Source: Octopus vulgaris
Lineage: Eukaryota
DNA: 64,000 nucleotides
Assembly: GCA_951406725.2 (NCBI GenBank)
Contig: OX597817.1
Span: forward strand, 13,392,001 to 13,456,000
Reading direction: 5' to 3'
The translations under genes and the position numbers were made by a program. The notes below the pieces were generated by a model, which saw only the letters and a program-made list of their open reading frames with translations, was not told the origin of the DNA and did no database searches. Below, in pieces: positions 13,630-26,780 of the stretch (its first letter is position 1; each line of letters opens with the position of its first letter).

Positions 13630-13899
13630 TATTTTCTAATTATGTTGTTCTTGCTGTTTAGCACCAGGTTAATACCGATCGAGTAGATCCATAATCAAAA
13701 GTACTCCAGTTGCGTTTAAATCTTCCTTTTAGGAGTGCCTAAGATTACAGTATATAATGTGTCCCATCTTTTTGTCATTATGGTATGTCTTGAGAAAAGT
13801 TTGGCAAAGATCTGTAACGAGTCAAGCGATCATATGGACGCACCTACGTCAGTTCCACTATAAACTAATGATAACACTACTGGTATTGATGGTAATAAA

Positions 13900-14131
13900 T
13901 CGGTGAGTTGGCAGAATCGTTAGCACGCCGGGCGAAATGCTTAGCGGTATTTCGTCTGCCGCTACGTTCTGAGTTCAAACTCCGCCGAGGTCGACTTTGC
14001 CTTTCATCCTTTCAGGGTCGATAAATTAAGGACCAGTTACGCACTGGGGTCGATATAATCGACTTAATCCGTCTGTCTGTCCTTGTTTGTTCTCTCTGTG
14101 TTCAGCTTCTTGTAGCTAGTAAAGAAATAGG
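13900..14131 (+). mobile_element. SINE family B
   Basis: Full-length + strand copy. Confidence 0.88.
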
Positions 14132-14605
14132 TATGTCTTGAGAAAGATTTGGCAAAGATTTCTGGCAAGTCAAGCGATCATACGGATGCATCTACGTCAG
14201 TTCCACTGTAAACTAATGATAACATTACTGGTATTGATGGCGATATAAAATAAGTATTTGATAAATGCACTTATTGTAAATATTTCTTGCTTACATTCTT
14301 CATGTAAATAAATTTCTTACCTGCCACTTCTTTCGATGTTTTATGAAATGAATACCAAATATTGTGTTACCTGGACCAGTGCTGACTTGTGGCACACTTA
14401 TATTCTTTTCAAAATTCGACGGCACACCTGAACTAAAAATATAGCTAAAAGAATAGGGAAAAAAACTTATATTCAGGTTACACTGTGGCACACCTATCAT
14501 CGTCTCGTAGCACTCCAGTGTGCCGCTGCATACCGGTTGCGGAGCACAGATCAAAACTTATTCTGAATTTCATTTATAATGAACGCGTGTGTTACAAATT
14601 ATATA

Positions 14606-14821
14606 TATTTCTTTACTACCCACAAGGGGCTAAACAAGGACAGACAAAGGGATTAAGTCGATTACATCGACCCCAGTGCGTAACTGGTACTTAATTTATC
14701 GACCCCGAAAGGATGAAAGGCAAAGTCGACCTCGGCGGAATTTGAACTCACAACGTAAAGACAGACGAAATACCGCAAGGCATTTCGCCCTGCGTGCTAA
14801 CGTTTCTGCCAGCTCGCCGCC
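14606..14821 (-). mobile_element. SINE family B
   Basis: TSD-like GTGTTACAAATTATAT on both sides. Confidence 0.9.
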
Positions 14822-15234
14822 ATTTTGTGTTACAAATTATATCACCTTCAAGACGTTAGGCATTTTTTTAAAAAACAAAGAGATAATCTCTATCAGCTTG
14901 GTCAGTCATTACCTTTCATCTTTCCGGTATCGATAACTTAAAATACTGGCCAAGTACTGTAATCGATTTTTATTACAAGATTATTTTAAAAGCGTCCTAG
15001 CTATTAATAAAAGTATGATAGAAGACTTTAATCATTTGACATATTTTTCTGCCTAGTTTTACAAACATTGTATTATTTCTAAATGTATGACATTTATTTT
15101 ATAAAACATTTTGAAATCATACTGCAGGATTGATAATTTATAACACACTTAGAAAGATGTCATTTGTTTTTGAGTCACAAAAATTCGTCATAAGAATATA
15201 TTCGTTTATAATTGTGTTTTTATTTTTCTCACAG

Positions 15235-15807
15235 ATTGCGGCGGGAAACCTGCGGATGTTTACTTTCTTTTGGATTCTTCGACGAGTATTTGGTTTGTAG
15301 ACTTCGCCAAACAAATAAAATTCGTAGAAAACATGATTGAGCTTTTTGAAGTCGCACCGAATAAAACCCGTATTGGTCTGGGTACGTTCAGCAACAGTTT
15401 CTATCCACAGTTCAGTTTTAAAGACTACACCAATAAAACTCAAGTAATCGGTGCACTGAAGAGTATTCGTCAAAATTATGGAGGAACCAATACGGCGAAA
15501 GCTATCAAAGAGATGCGTGAAAGAGAATTCAATCCTCTGGGCGCTCGACAAGACGTTGCTCATATTGCTATCATTTTAACAGACGGGAAATCTTGGAGCT
15601 TATCAAAAACTGCCGAAGAAGCTAAAATAGCCAAAGAAAAGGGTGTCTACATGTTTGCCGTTGGTATTGGTAGCAATGTGGACCTCAAAGAACTAAAAGG
15701 CATAGCTAGCGAATCAAATAAAAAGGAATCACAATTTGTGTTTCATGTGGAAAACTTTGATGCCTTAGATTCCATTAAGGAGATTCTGGCGATCCAGACA
15801 TGTGAAG
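15235..15807 (+). CDS. VWA domain 1 exon (collagen VI/matrilin-like VWA)
   Basis: TTTTTCTCACAG acceptor, 573 nt, phase 1-1, GTGCGT donor. Contains ADVYFLLDSSTS (DxSxS), GGTNT, IILTDG and MFAVGIG. Confidence 0.93.
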
Positions 15808-16413
15808 GTGCGTGCATCTTTTGTAACGGGTCAACCCGATTATAGTTTGTTATAATTGTTTTGCATTATAAAACATTTTCTTAACGTTTCACTCGGTAAT
15901 TAACTCACTTTCTATCTTCCTCACTCAATTTCTTTCTACTTATTTTCTTCTAGACATCTTAGTGACAACCTTTTATCAACAAATTCTTCATATTCTTATT
16001 AATATACAACTACTGAATGGTTTCTTCGTAATATTTTATTGTTTCGGCTTGGAGTAAATCAAATTGACCCTTAAAATATTTAAGCATTTAATTTCTATCT
16101 TTCGTCTCAGAATTTTATAGTAATATAAATCTTCCATCTCTTCCACCTTATTCCGCCTTTGATTCCTTTTCAACTATTATCGTGTGATCAATCACCAAAC
16201 AATAGAAAAATAGCATTCCAGATAACTGTCGCTCACATGGTTAATGCTGTGTAGTTTAATGCTGTTAGTATGCAACATAAGTTGTGTTCTGTCTGTAACC
16301 AAAACGCATAATGCACCTTATTGCATGTTTTTTTTAGAACTGGACAATAGTAAGTCTTATTCACGCACTTAATATTCCCTTTCTAATTCAGTCTATTTTC
16401 TTTAAATTTTCAG

Positions 16414-16434
16414 TTGTACCGAATGACCAGTACA
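16414..16434 (+). CDS. 21-nt linker micro-exon between the VWA domains
   Basis: AAATTTTCAG acceptor, GTAAGT donor, phase 1-1, encodes VVPNDQY. Confidence 0.7.
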
Positions 16435-16829
16435 GTAAGTATTACTCTACGATATCGTTATATATTTCAAGAAAACAGTAACTGAAGCACAAATATTTTC
16501 AAAATACATTTTATTTCTTTATTTGCTTCAAGTGACTAAGAATATCATATAAAACGTATCACAAAACAAAGTTACTAAATCAACTTAATCCGTCTGTCTG
16601 TCCTTGTTTGTCCTCTCTAAGAAATAGGTGGTATGTCTTGAGAAAGGTTTGGCAAAGATTTCTAGCAAGTCAAGCGATCATATGGACGCATCTACGTCAG
16701 TTCCACTGTAAACTAATGATATATATGACTCCATTTACTTTCTACTCCAGTTGTAATAAACGTCTTTAGAATTTATGCCTGTGTCTGTACGGTTTTAATC
16801 GAAGAATGAAGACTTCCGTAACCTCTACA

Positions 16830-18720
16830 TAGTTCTCCTTTGGCTATTAGTAGACTATTAATACAGTCTTCATTTACCACCTATCATCTTTTGATTTGCG
16901 TTCCCTACTACCTCAACTAACGCAATATTTTTTAAAATTTCCTTAGTAGTTTCATTAGGTCCCAGTTTTCATCCTGAACAAGCGAAAAGTTCAAGTATTC
17001 CAGAGGAACAGGCCACTCTGTAAGGACTTCCAACATCTATGGGACCCTCTTTTCTGTGCTTTACCGAATCGGATCTGGTGCCGATGACACTGAGGATAAG
17101 GGGATTCAGAGAAGCTGCGACCGATGATGCTGCAAAAATCAACAGAGGCGGTGGTGGCGGCAGCAGTGATAGTCTTCTGCCTTGTTGTGTGCACCTTAGG
17201 GGTCTGGTGTTGTTTCTGATCTGCTGTTTTCCTTCTTTTGCATTTCTCCAGGCCCTAACGTGGTTCATAGTCCTCGCGCGTAGCACTTGGACCGTCTAAC
17301 CTAAACCATCAATCTGGTTCATTTTTTTCTCTCCCACTCTGAAATAATCTTGTGATCATCAGGAGTCATCAGTGCCTGGATGCCTATGCGGATTCCACCT
17401 GACTACATAGTGTTTCTGATTATCTCTGGGCTTACCATCTGCTCGTGCTGTGTCGTAACAAAGATAACGAACGAAGGATCTACGTTGGCACCGATGTCTC
17501 TGGTCGTACCCTCGTATTTACCCCGTCCATATATTACGTATCATCCCCGTATGAAACACAAACGCTACCTATCTTCTCGCATCATTCCCTCATTTGAGAG
17601 CGTATGGAAGACCTCTCTCGCTATTTCTTTATTACTTAAGAAAAACCAATAGCTATGCCACTCTCTTCTTTGTCCATTCTTCAATAAGTCCTTCGGGTAA
17701 GGAAGCACTTGCCTTTGCGACATACGTCTTCCATACTTTTCCTTCTAGTTGGTGTTACTTCGTAGCCTCCTTTTGACTCGTAACGCTGGAAAACCTCTCT
17801 CGCTATTTCTTTGTTGCTTAAGAAAAACCAATAGCTATGCCACTCTCTTCTTTGTCCATTCTTCAATAAGTCCTTCGGGTAAGGAAGCACTTGCCTTTGC
17901 GACGTACGTCTTCCATACTTTTCCTTCTGGTTGGTGTTACTTCGTAGCCTCTTTTTGACTCGTAACGCTGGTAGAGAGTAAGTTACAGTTATTGCTGGTG
18001 CTATCGTTTTCATTGTTTACACAGATTTTGTTATTTAAATTCATATTTCCACCACTATTTCTGTGTCCTTCAAATTGTAGATTCAAAGTAAATGTTTGTA
18101 TATGCAACGTTTTTGTTTGTATATTTATACTATTAAAAAAAAAAATATATATATATGACTCTATGTTCACTTGATACACATATTTCCTCACAAATTTGCA
18201 CATGATATTTCATATGATCTTTTTATGAAACGTTTAAACCATCCATCAGTTGGTCGTTTGCTATTTAAAGCATTTAAACTTCATATATTTTCAGAAGATG
18301 AGATACTCTGTATAAATTTTAATCGTTTTCCTTCGAGTCCCCTTTTAAGGGGGGGGGGTCTTTTGTTTTTTTCCTGCCTTTCCTCTTTCCTCGACAATCT
18401 ACCCCTCTTGTTGATTCATCTCTTCATCATTGCGAGACGATGAGATGGTACTGATGATTATGGCCGAGGGATGAGGCAGGTCATTGCAGGGTTCTGCGAA
18501 TGAAGACGAAGCGATCTATGCTTCTGGAACCTCGACCAGTGACTCTCTCAGAACAGCTGTTGCTGTAGCCTACCGTCGTTGTTACTTGTGTTTTTCAGTT
18601 CTCAAATAGTCCTCCTTACTACAATACTTACAGCAGATGGACTTTCTGACCCGCACCCCAGTATTATTATTACTTTTCTCTTCGCACCCAGGACGTCCAG
18701 AAATTAAAATTCTCGCAAAC
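16830..18720 (-). mobile_element. Heavily degraded retroelement ORF1/gag-like remnant(s)
   Basis: Purine-rich minus strand, broken ORFs, decayed knuckle-like RKSICCKYCSKEDYLR (about 18600-18655); composition resembles 33960-35400. Confidence 0.35.
17605..17971. repeat. 182-bp tandem duplication (2 copies)
   Basis: Units start at 17605 and 17787 and are nearly identical. Confidence 0.92.
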
Positions 18721-19082
18721 AAGCGAAGGAACATCTGCTCACAGCAACATATATTAATAATAATTTCTCGTTTAGGAACAAACTTTGAGGGGAGGGGGCT
18801 TGTCGATTACACCTAACCCAATATTTACTGGTACTTTATTTGAGTTTTACTTGTAATTCCAGTCTTGTCCCGTTCTATGCCACGCAGAATCTCCCCTAGA
18901 ACTATGTTAAAGATACGCGTGTTTGTGGAGCGCTCAGCCACTTGTTCGTTAATTTCACGAGCAGGTTGCACCGTTAATCGGATCAACCGGAACGCTCGTC
19001 TTTGTAACCGACGGAGTGTTGTTTTGTTACCGCTCAGATTTAACAATAATTCTCTAATCTAGGCACAAGAACTGAATTTTCT

Positions 19083-19314
19083 TATTTCTTTATTGCCCAC
19101 AAGGGGCTAAACATAGAGGGGACAAACAAGGACAGACAAACGAATTAAGTCGATTACACCGACCCTAGTGCGTAACTGGTACTTAATTTATCGACCCCGA
19201 AAGGATGAAAGGCAAAGTCGACCTCGTCGGAATTTGAACTCAGAACGTAACGGCAGACGAAATACTGCTAAGCATTTTGCTCGGCGTGCTAACGTTTCTG
19301 CCAGATTGCCCGCC
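19083..19314 (-). mobile_element. SINE family B
   Basis: Full copy; imperfect AAGAACTGAA(T/A)TTTC TSD. Confidence 0.9.
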
Positions 19315-19907
19315 TTAAAGAACTGAAATTTCTATAGAAAGAGTTACATGATACCACTGATCAAAGTATTTGGTTTGCACTTTATTTTATCGATTCCAGA
19401 AGGGTATGAAAGAGGTAAACTTGACCATAGGAATTTGAGCCTAGAACGCAAAACTCCGAAACTAAATACTGCAAAGCATATTTTATAAACGTTTCAGCGA
19501 CTCTGACAATCCTCCACCACCACCACCACCACCCTAAATAATCGTTTCTAAAATATATACAAGGCTAAAAATTTTGGTTGAGCGATCTCAGTATTTGACT
19601 GGGACTTTATTTTACTGATCGCGGAGGGATGAGAGACAAAATTGACCTCGGTGGATTTTGAAATCAATAACATAAAATGCTGGAACAAATATTGCAAAAC
19701 ATTATACGACGCCCTGTGGAACAGTCGCAACTATGTGGTCTTAGGTTCATTCCCACTGAGCAGCAACTTGGCCAAGTGTCATCTAATATGGTACTTTGGT
19801 GCTACTATCGTACAAAGCTTTGCGATTGGATTTAGCAGAAAGAAACTAGAAGACATCCCACAAAGTAACATTTTTTATATTATAACTTGACGTATGTGAA
19901 TCTTAGT

Positions 19908-21570
19908 TTTGGTGCATGAGAGAGTTTGATGCAGCTGCCCTCATCTGCACCTCCTGCCTGACAGGAAGAGGTCCAGCTTTATTTTGAAGACACCTACATC
20001 CACCCCATGCAGGTCTCTCAGGTCCCAAGGGAGGATATTGAAGAGCTATAGACCTCTGAAGCCCAGGCTATTGCAGTATCTTGTCCTACATCTTGATGGC
20101 AAATTTGGAGACCTTGGCACTATGCAGTGGCGCCCAGTTGTAGTATTTGTGAAACTCTCGATGCCAAAGTTTGCAACAAGTCCTTTCAGGATCTTCCAGA
20201 TGTATATTATGGCATACCTTTCTCGCCTACGCTCTAAGGAATAGAGTCTTAATCTCTTGAGTCTTCCCCAATAGCTTATATGCTGCATAGAGGCTATCTT
20301 CTTCGTATAGCTTCGTTGGATTGCCTCAAGTTCTGAGATTAATTTGACACTGGTTGGTGACCATAGCTGAGAGCAATAGTCAAAGTGGCTTAAGACAAGT
20401 GTCCTCCAGGGGACCATCATGATTTCCTGGTCTCTTGTTCTAAAAGTTCTAAGAATCCATCCGGTCAGCCGCCTACATTTCATTGCCAATTTAGCAACAT
20501 GCACATGAAAGGTTGCATCATTACTCATGTAAATGCCCAGGTCTCGCACTGATTGTGCCACTGGGATTGCAATCGCTCCAGGTCCAGTGTATTTATTGGG
20601 TATTGCATTTAGTTTTGCATGCTGATAGCACAAAGCTTGAATCATCTGCATAACTTGTGATCGTGGCTCTCTGTGTGGCTGAGGGCATGTCTGAGAGGGC
20701 CATTATGAACAATAGTGGTCCCAAAACAGTGCCTTGCAGAACACGGCTCACTATTTGCATGTCATTGGAGGTAGCCCCATTGGCTACTACCACCTGACTT
20801 CTATTCTTCAGAAAGTCATGAAGCCATTCTTCCAATTTTCCAACTATGCCAAGATCACGCAGTTTGTGACATATCATTCCATGATCGACTTTCTCAAAGC
20901 CTTTGCAAAGTCGAGATATATGACTTCCACATTTGAGAGGTTGAGCAGTTGTTTCAACACCCAGTCATAGTGTTGTAAGAGCTGAGTTAGGCAGCTTCTT
21001 CCTGGTCGGAAACCATGTTGAGTGTCAGCAGCAAGTCATTTTCTTCAAGGAAGGCGATTAGTTTTCTTCTGACTATTCGTTCCATGACCTTGCTGATGTG
21101 TGAGGTCAGAGAGATAGGTCTGTAGTTCTTGGCCTCCGCTCTGCTACCTCCTTTATGAATAGGGCATATTTTACCCTCCTTCAGTTTTCTTGGACGTTTG
21201 CCAGTTTCAAGGAAGCTCTGAAAGAGGGACTGCAGTGGTCTTGATAAGACTCGCTTACATACTTCTAGAAAGATTGCTGGGAATCCATCAGGGCCAGTAG
21301 CTGAGTTTAGGTTCATTTCATCTATAGCCCTTATTACATCGTCTTCCTTTATATTGATGTAATCAATCGTCATTGCCTCTGTTTTTATATCTGCAGTGGT
21401 AAAGAAGTCAGTTGGATTGCTGACTTGAAAATGCTCTAGGAGTGGAGTGAAAATACTTTTTAATTGCTCATTTAGTATTTCACTTATACTCATTGGATTT
21501 CCTGTGAGTGTACCATCTTTTTCGAGGAGTGGCCCTATCCTGCAGTGCACCGAAGCTGTTTCTTTGGCAA
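19908..21570 (-). mobile_element. CR1/L2-group LINE ORF2 (RT) remnant, frameshifted
   Basis: GPDGFP, NYRPISLTSHISKVMERIV, QGTVLGPLLF, YADD, RDLGI, LYSLERRRER across ORFs 20987-21550, 20593-20877 and 20046-20651. Confidence 0.93.
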
Positions 21571-22710
21571 ACTTTGATTGAATATCTTTGACAATATAGA
21601 CGACGTAATTTGGTGTGGATCTGATCTTTAAGGCCAGCTACTGCAAACCTGGATGCGCTTGTTACTTTTAGATTCGAACTACCCCTGGAGAGAACTTTGT
21701 TTATTGATTGCTTAAATCATCCCTATTGATCGAAGTTTTTTACTCACTATATTAGATATGGCACCCTACTGTAAGAGCAAGCGAGTTTGCTTCTGGATTC
21801 TCGTATGATAATGATTGTTAACAAAGTGATAATTACTGTTCAGTTCAAGGTTACTTGAAAGACCCAGCTCTTTTAATGGACGTTCACAGCATCAAAATCC
21901 TATGGCTTGCAAATCTTGCAAATCTCCTAATCTTGTTTGATAGTCAGCCTGAAGCTGCTGCAATGATAATCTTGGGTTTTAAAGTTGTCTAAGAACGGTA
22001 AACTGCCTTAATGATGACATCAAAATACATTTTGGCATTGTTCATCATAATCATCTTTATTGATATTTAGGCAGCGAATTGGATGAAGCGTTAAACTGTT
22101 GGACATTTAAATAGGTCCTTCAACATATTGAGTTCGAATCCACCCGAGTTCAAAGTTTCCATTCATTTTTCCAGGCCAAATATTGGGTTCTATTTTATTG
22201 ACCAACTCCCTCCCCTAAATGTGTGGCTTTTGTTCTTATATTAGTAATAATTACTATTTACGTAATTAATTGACAGAATCATCAGAGTGTCGGACAAAAT
22301 GCTTCAAATTTCGCTAAGGTGAACTTCATCTTTCATCCTTCCTAGGGTTAGTGTAATTGACAAATTCCTCCCTCCAAATATCAGCCCCTGTGCTTTTATT
22401 AGAAACAATTGTTATTAAGGGCGTTTAATTAGCAGAATCGTTATTGCGGGGAATAAAGTGTCTTGCGGTGTTTCGTTACGACTCAAATTCCGCCGAGGTC
22501 AGCTTTCTCTTTCATATTTCCGAGTCTATAATTTATAGTTAGTATCTTGTCAATCTAAATAAATAAAGTACCAATCAAGGATTAGTGCTCATTTAACCGA
22601 CTAACCGCTGCCCATCAAAAATTTATCTGTTTCTACCTATAAAAGAAATTATCACCTGTGTTAATATTTGTGTATTTTACAGGTAAAAAAATTTGTACCC
22701 TTCCAATACC

Positions 22711-22940
22711 TATTTCTTTATTACCCACAAGGAGTTAAACATAGAGGGGACAAACAAGGACAGACATAGGTATTAAATCGATTACAGCGACCCCAGTGCG
22801 TAACTGGTACTTAATTTATCGACCCCGAAAGAATGAAAGGCAAAGTCGACCTCGGCAGAATTTGAACTCACAACGTAACGACAGACGAAATACGGCTACG
22901 CATTTCGCCCGGCGTGCTAACGTTTCTGACAGCTCGCCGC
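22711..22940 (-). mobile_element. SINE family B
   Basis: 15-bp TSD TACCCTTCCAATACC at 22696 and 22945. Confidence 0.92.
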
Positions 22941-23543
22941 GCTATACCCTTCCAATACCGTTTTATATGTTCTCTGGTTAGGGTCCCTAGTTGGTATCTT
23001 GTCAATCTAAGTATTTGTATTGTACAACTATCACTCGTATTTTCAACCCCCAAAACCAAACTATTTTTCTATTTTCAAATTTTTATCCTTTGAAAATTTC
23101 TGCATTTCTTCGAGGGTGAAGCTGGCACTGTTTTTCTGTTCTCTGTAGTTTTTGAACAGCTGCAGTTTTTGTCAATATGTGCGAACGTTTCTCATATTTT
23201 TTAATCTCTTTCATTTTCAAACCATGTGGTGTGTCCTTCTGCCATCTGTTTTCTGCTTTGTATTACTAGCCTACTTTGCAGTCGACGTGGTTACTAACTC
23301 TATTTTTGCCAGTTGACATCTTTAGATTTTGCCAAAAATTGAATAACAGAAAATTCACAATATTCAAACGTTTTTGTTACACTTAACACATTCAAAAATT
23401 GCAAAAAAAAAAAAAAAATCAATTCTTAGTTTCTTCAAATAAATTTGTGTCAACATTCGCAGTAATTTCATTTCATGTACGCAGTCAACATTAATGTAGC
23501 GAGTGCTGTTGAGTAGGGGTAATCTATCGATTGGACGACACTA

Positions 23544-23760
23544 CGAGGGGGTGCTGAAAAGTTCTGGGCTTTAAGGGTGTCGCGAAAGGCCTGGCTGGAG
23601 GCCTAACCCTCCGAGTTGTTTTACAGGGCTTAGAAAAACTGAAGGACCACTGCAATAAATGTAAGAATCTGTGAGAAGAATATGTTGAGTAAAATCATAA
23701 TTAACTGATCCTCCTGAATTTTCTTTTACTCAAAGCCAGGAACTTTTCAGCACCCGCTCG
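23544..23760 (+). mobile_element. Mariner-derived MITE
   Basis: TIR CGAG(G/C)GGGTGCTGAAAAGTTC, TA TSD, remnant GLEKLKDHCNKC...EYVE-stop. Confidence 0.85.
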
Positions 23761-23926
23761 TACATTCCATTTTGGTCCCAGTTATTGGCATTTCACTTAA
23801 CTTAATGTCATTAACGACCTTGCCAAAGGTATGATTGTCACAAATGATTATGTTTATACATAGGTTTTGTGAAAGTATAAACAAAATATGTGACACTCAT
23901 TGCTTTCCTAATAAAAACAAATAAAT

Positions 23927-24454
23927 GGATCTTTTCGGTTTGAACGGCAGTTTTTTCTAGCGGTGTCATATGAAATTGTCACCCATAATTATGACCCTAG
24001 TATCGATCTATTGCATTTCAATTTGTTTTAGGGTTAGGGTTAGGGTGGGGGGAAGGGTACCTTTTTTTCTTCAGAAATGTAAATAAACCCAATCTGTTTC
24101 TTAAACGATGGACATATTCATACGGCACAGAATGTTTTTTTACCTCAACGGACGTCATTGATTGGTTGAAATTGCAGAAATTGAAGAAGAAAACAACAAA
24201 TATCTTACAAACTATAGAATTTTCTCAATAAAGCCAAGAGAAAAAGATGTTTTATAAACACATTCTACCAGTATATAAAGTTTAAAATTTTTTTTCTTCA
24301 AATAAATTTGTGTCTACATTCGCAGTAATTTCATTTCATGTACGCAGTCAACATTAATGACTATGTTTATACATAGGTTTTGTGAAAGTATAAACAAAAT
24401 ATGTGACACTCATAGAAATTATGTTAAAAACTGCCGTTCAAACCGAAAAGATCC
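23927..24454 (+). mobile_element. GGATC-TIR MITE with internal TTAGGG repeats, carrying a copy of flanking DNA
   Basis: TIR GGATCTTTTCGGTTTGAACGGCAGTTTTT at both ends; collinear with 33415-33855 except for an insert at about 24295-24413. Confidence 0.9.
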
Positions 24455-24523
24455 CAAAAAATAAATAAAGCAAAAAAAAAAACGTTATTTAATGCTTTTT
24501 TTCTTCTTCTTCTTCTTCTGCAG

Positions 24524-25078
24524 GATGTGGAGCATCTGGACAAGCGGACATGATCTTTTTATTAGACAGACTTGTCATGGCGCCATCACGAATTCAACTG
24601 ATTAAAGATTTCATTGCAAGGACAGCAGATTTGTTAGACATGGGCCCTAATAATCCCGTTCGTATCGGTGTCTTCACAGATTGTCCGGACTCCGAAGATA
24701 TTTACCTGAACGATCATAATGACAAATATAGTTTCATTAAAGAACTAAAAGTAACCAAAGACAAATCGAGGATACACACTCTGAGACGAGTTCACCGAGT
24801 AGGATTTAGCAAGAACAATGGCGCTCGAACGGAAGCGCGAAAACTTGTCATCCTTTTTGTGGACAGTCCACTGATAGACGCCAAAAAAGTACTTTTAGAA
24901 GCAATGAAAATGAAATTATCGGATATCGAGATATTCGTGGTTACCATTGGCAATGAATATTTAGAGAAAGAAATGTCCAGACTAGCATCCAGAAAAGTCA
25001 AAGAACATACTATCAGAGTCCCAAGTTATTCTGAATTAAACGACTCCGTGGCAAACTTCGTGAATCTTATTTGTGAAA
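24524..25078 (+). CDS. VWA domain 2 exon (degenerate MIDAS)
   Basis: (CTT)n-CTGCAG acceptor, 555 nt, phase 1-1, GTAAGT donor. Contains CGASGQADMIFLLD, VRIGVF, NGARTEARKLVILFVD, IEIFVVTIG and a terminal LIC. Confidence 0.9.
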
Positions 25079-25146
25079 GTAAGTAAAATTGTCTGATTTG
25101 CTTCATTTTATATCGTATTTTGTAAGCACTAACATCGTTTATTATA

Positions 25147-25564
25147 TATTTCTTTACTACCCACAAGGGGCTACAGACAGAGGGGACAAACAAGGACAGA
25201 CAAAGGGATTAAGTCGATTACATCGACCCCAGTGCGAAACTGGTACTTAATTTATTTATCGACCCCGAAAGGATGAAAGGCAAAGTCGACCTCGGCGGAA
25301 TTTGAACTCAGAACGTAACGCAGACGAAATACCTATTTCTTTATTACCCACAAGGGGCTAAACATAGAGGGGACAAACAAGGACAGACAAAGGGATTAAG
25401 TCGATTACATCGACCCCAGTGCGAAACTGGTACTTTATTTATCGACCCCGAAAGGATGAAAGGCAAAGTCGACCTCGGCGGAATTTGAACTCAGAACGTA
25501 GCGACAGACGAAATACCTCTAAGCATTTCGCCCGGCGTGCTAACGTTTCTGCCAGCTCGCCGCC
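25147..25564 (-). mobile_element. SINE family B head-to-tail dimer
   Basis: Junction at 25332/25333, equivalent to the 11.4-kb dimer; TSD TAACATCGTTTATTATA. Confidence 0.9.
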
Positions 25565-25632
25565 TTAACATCGTTTATTATAGCATTCCAACGAGTCGAA
25601 CTCTAGTTCACAGCATTTACGGTAGGTATATT

Positions 25633-25794
25633 GGCGCAGGAGTGGCTGTGTGGTAAGTAGCTTGTTTACCAACCACATGGTTCCGGGTTCAGTCCCACTG
25701 CGTGGCATCTTGACCAAGTGTCTTCTACTATAGCCTTGGGCCGACCAAAGCCTTGTGAGTGGATTTAGTAGACGGAAACTGAAAGAAGCCCGTC

Positions 25795-25842
<48 letters not shown>

Positions 25843-26064
25843 GTGTGTGTGTTTGTGTGTCTGTATTTGTCCCCCTAGCATTGCTTGACAACCGATGCTG
25901 GTGTGTTTATGTCCCCGTTACTTAGCGGTTCGGCAAAAGAGACCGATAAAATAAGTACTGGGGCTTACAAAAGAATAAGTCCCGGGGTCGATTTGCTCGA
26001 TTAAAGGCGGTACTACAGCATGGCCGCAGTCAAATGACTGAAACAAGTAAAAGAGTAAAAGAGT
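25633..26064 (+). mobile_element. SINE family A
   Basis: Full-length copy. Confidence 0.9.
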
Positions 26065-26194
26065 ATTGTTATAAACGCAGAAATAACAATGTAAATGATA
26101 GAAAATTACACTGGACATTTGTATGTGTACAAAGAGGAAGAAAAGAGGGTACTCAGTATTGATATTTAGCACTTCTTAATATTGATTTCAAATT

Positions 26195-26780
26195 TTGGGG
26201 ATGAGATTGAGTCGATTATATCGATCTCAGTGTTCAACTGGTACTTATTTTATCGACCCTGAAAGGATAAAAAGCAAAGTCGACCTCGATAACATTTGAA
26301 CTCAGAACGTGAAGACAGACGAAATGCTGCTAAGCATTTTGCCCGGCGTGCTAATGATTCTGCCAGCTCGCCACCTTGGCGCTTCATAATATTCGTTTCA
26401 AATATTGGCTCAGGGCCTGAAATTTTGTAGGAGGGACGAAGTAGATTACATCGACCTCAGTGCTCAGCTTATACTTTATTTTTTATCAACTCCAAAAATA
26501 AAAGGCAAAGTCGAACTAAGCGGAATTTGCTCGCTTCTTAATATTAAAGTGAGTAATAAAGGCAGCGAGCCAGAAGAATTGCTAGCACACCGGACGAAAT
26601 GCTACTAAGCATTTCGTCCGTCTTCATGTTCTGAGATAAATTTCTACAGAGGTCGACTTTGTTTCTCATACTTCCGAGCACGACCCTATAAATACTAGCT
26701 GAGCACGAGGGTCGATGTTATCGACTTACCCCCTCCCATAAAATTACTGGAGCTGTGCCAAAATTTGAAATCAATATTAT
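26195..26780. mobile_element. Old family B SINE copies (two on -, one on +)
   Basis: Diverged family B motifs. Confidence 0.65.

Noticed and set aside
15138-15563. 141-aa antisense ORF
   Set aside because: Shadow of the VWA1 exon with no recognisable motifs.
15270-25086. Collagen VI or matrilin ortholog; two separate single-exon genes
   Set aside because: No Gly-X-Y, EGF or coiled-coil exons seen; splice phases join both ORFs into one gene.
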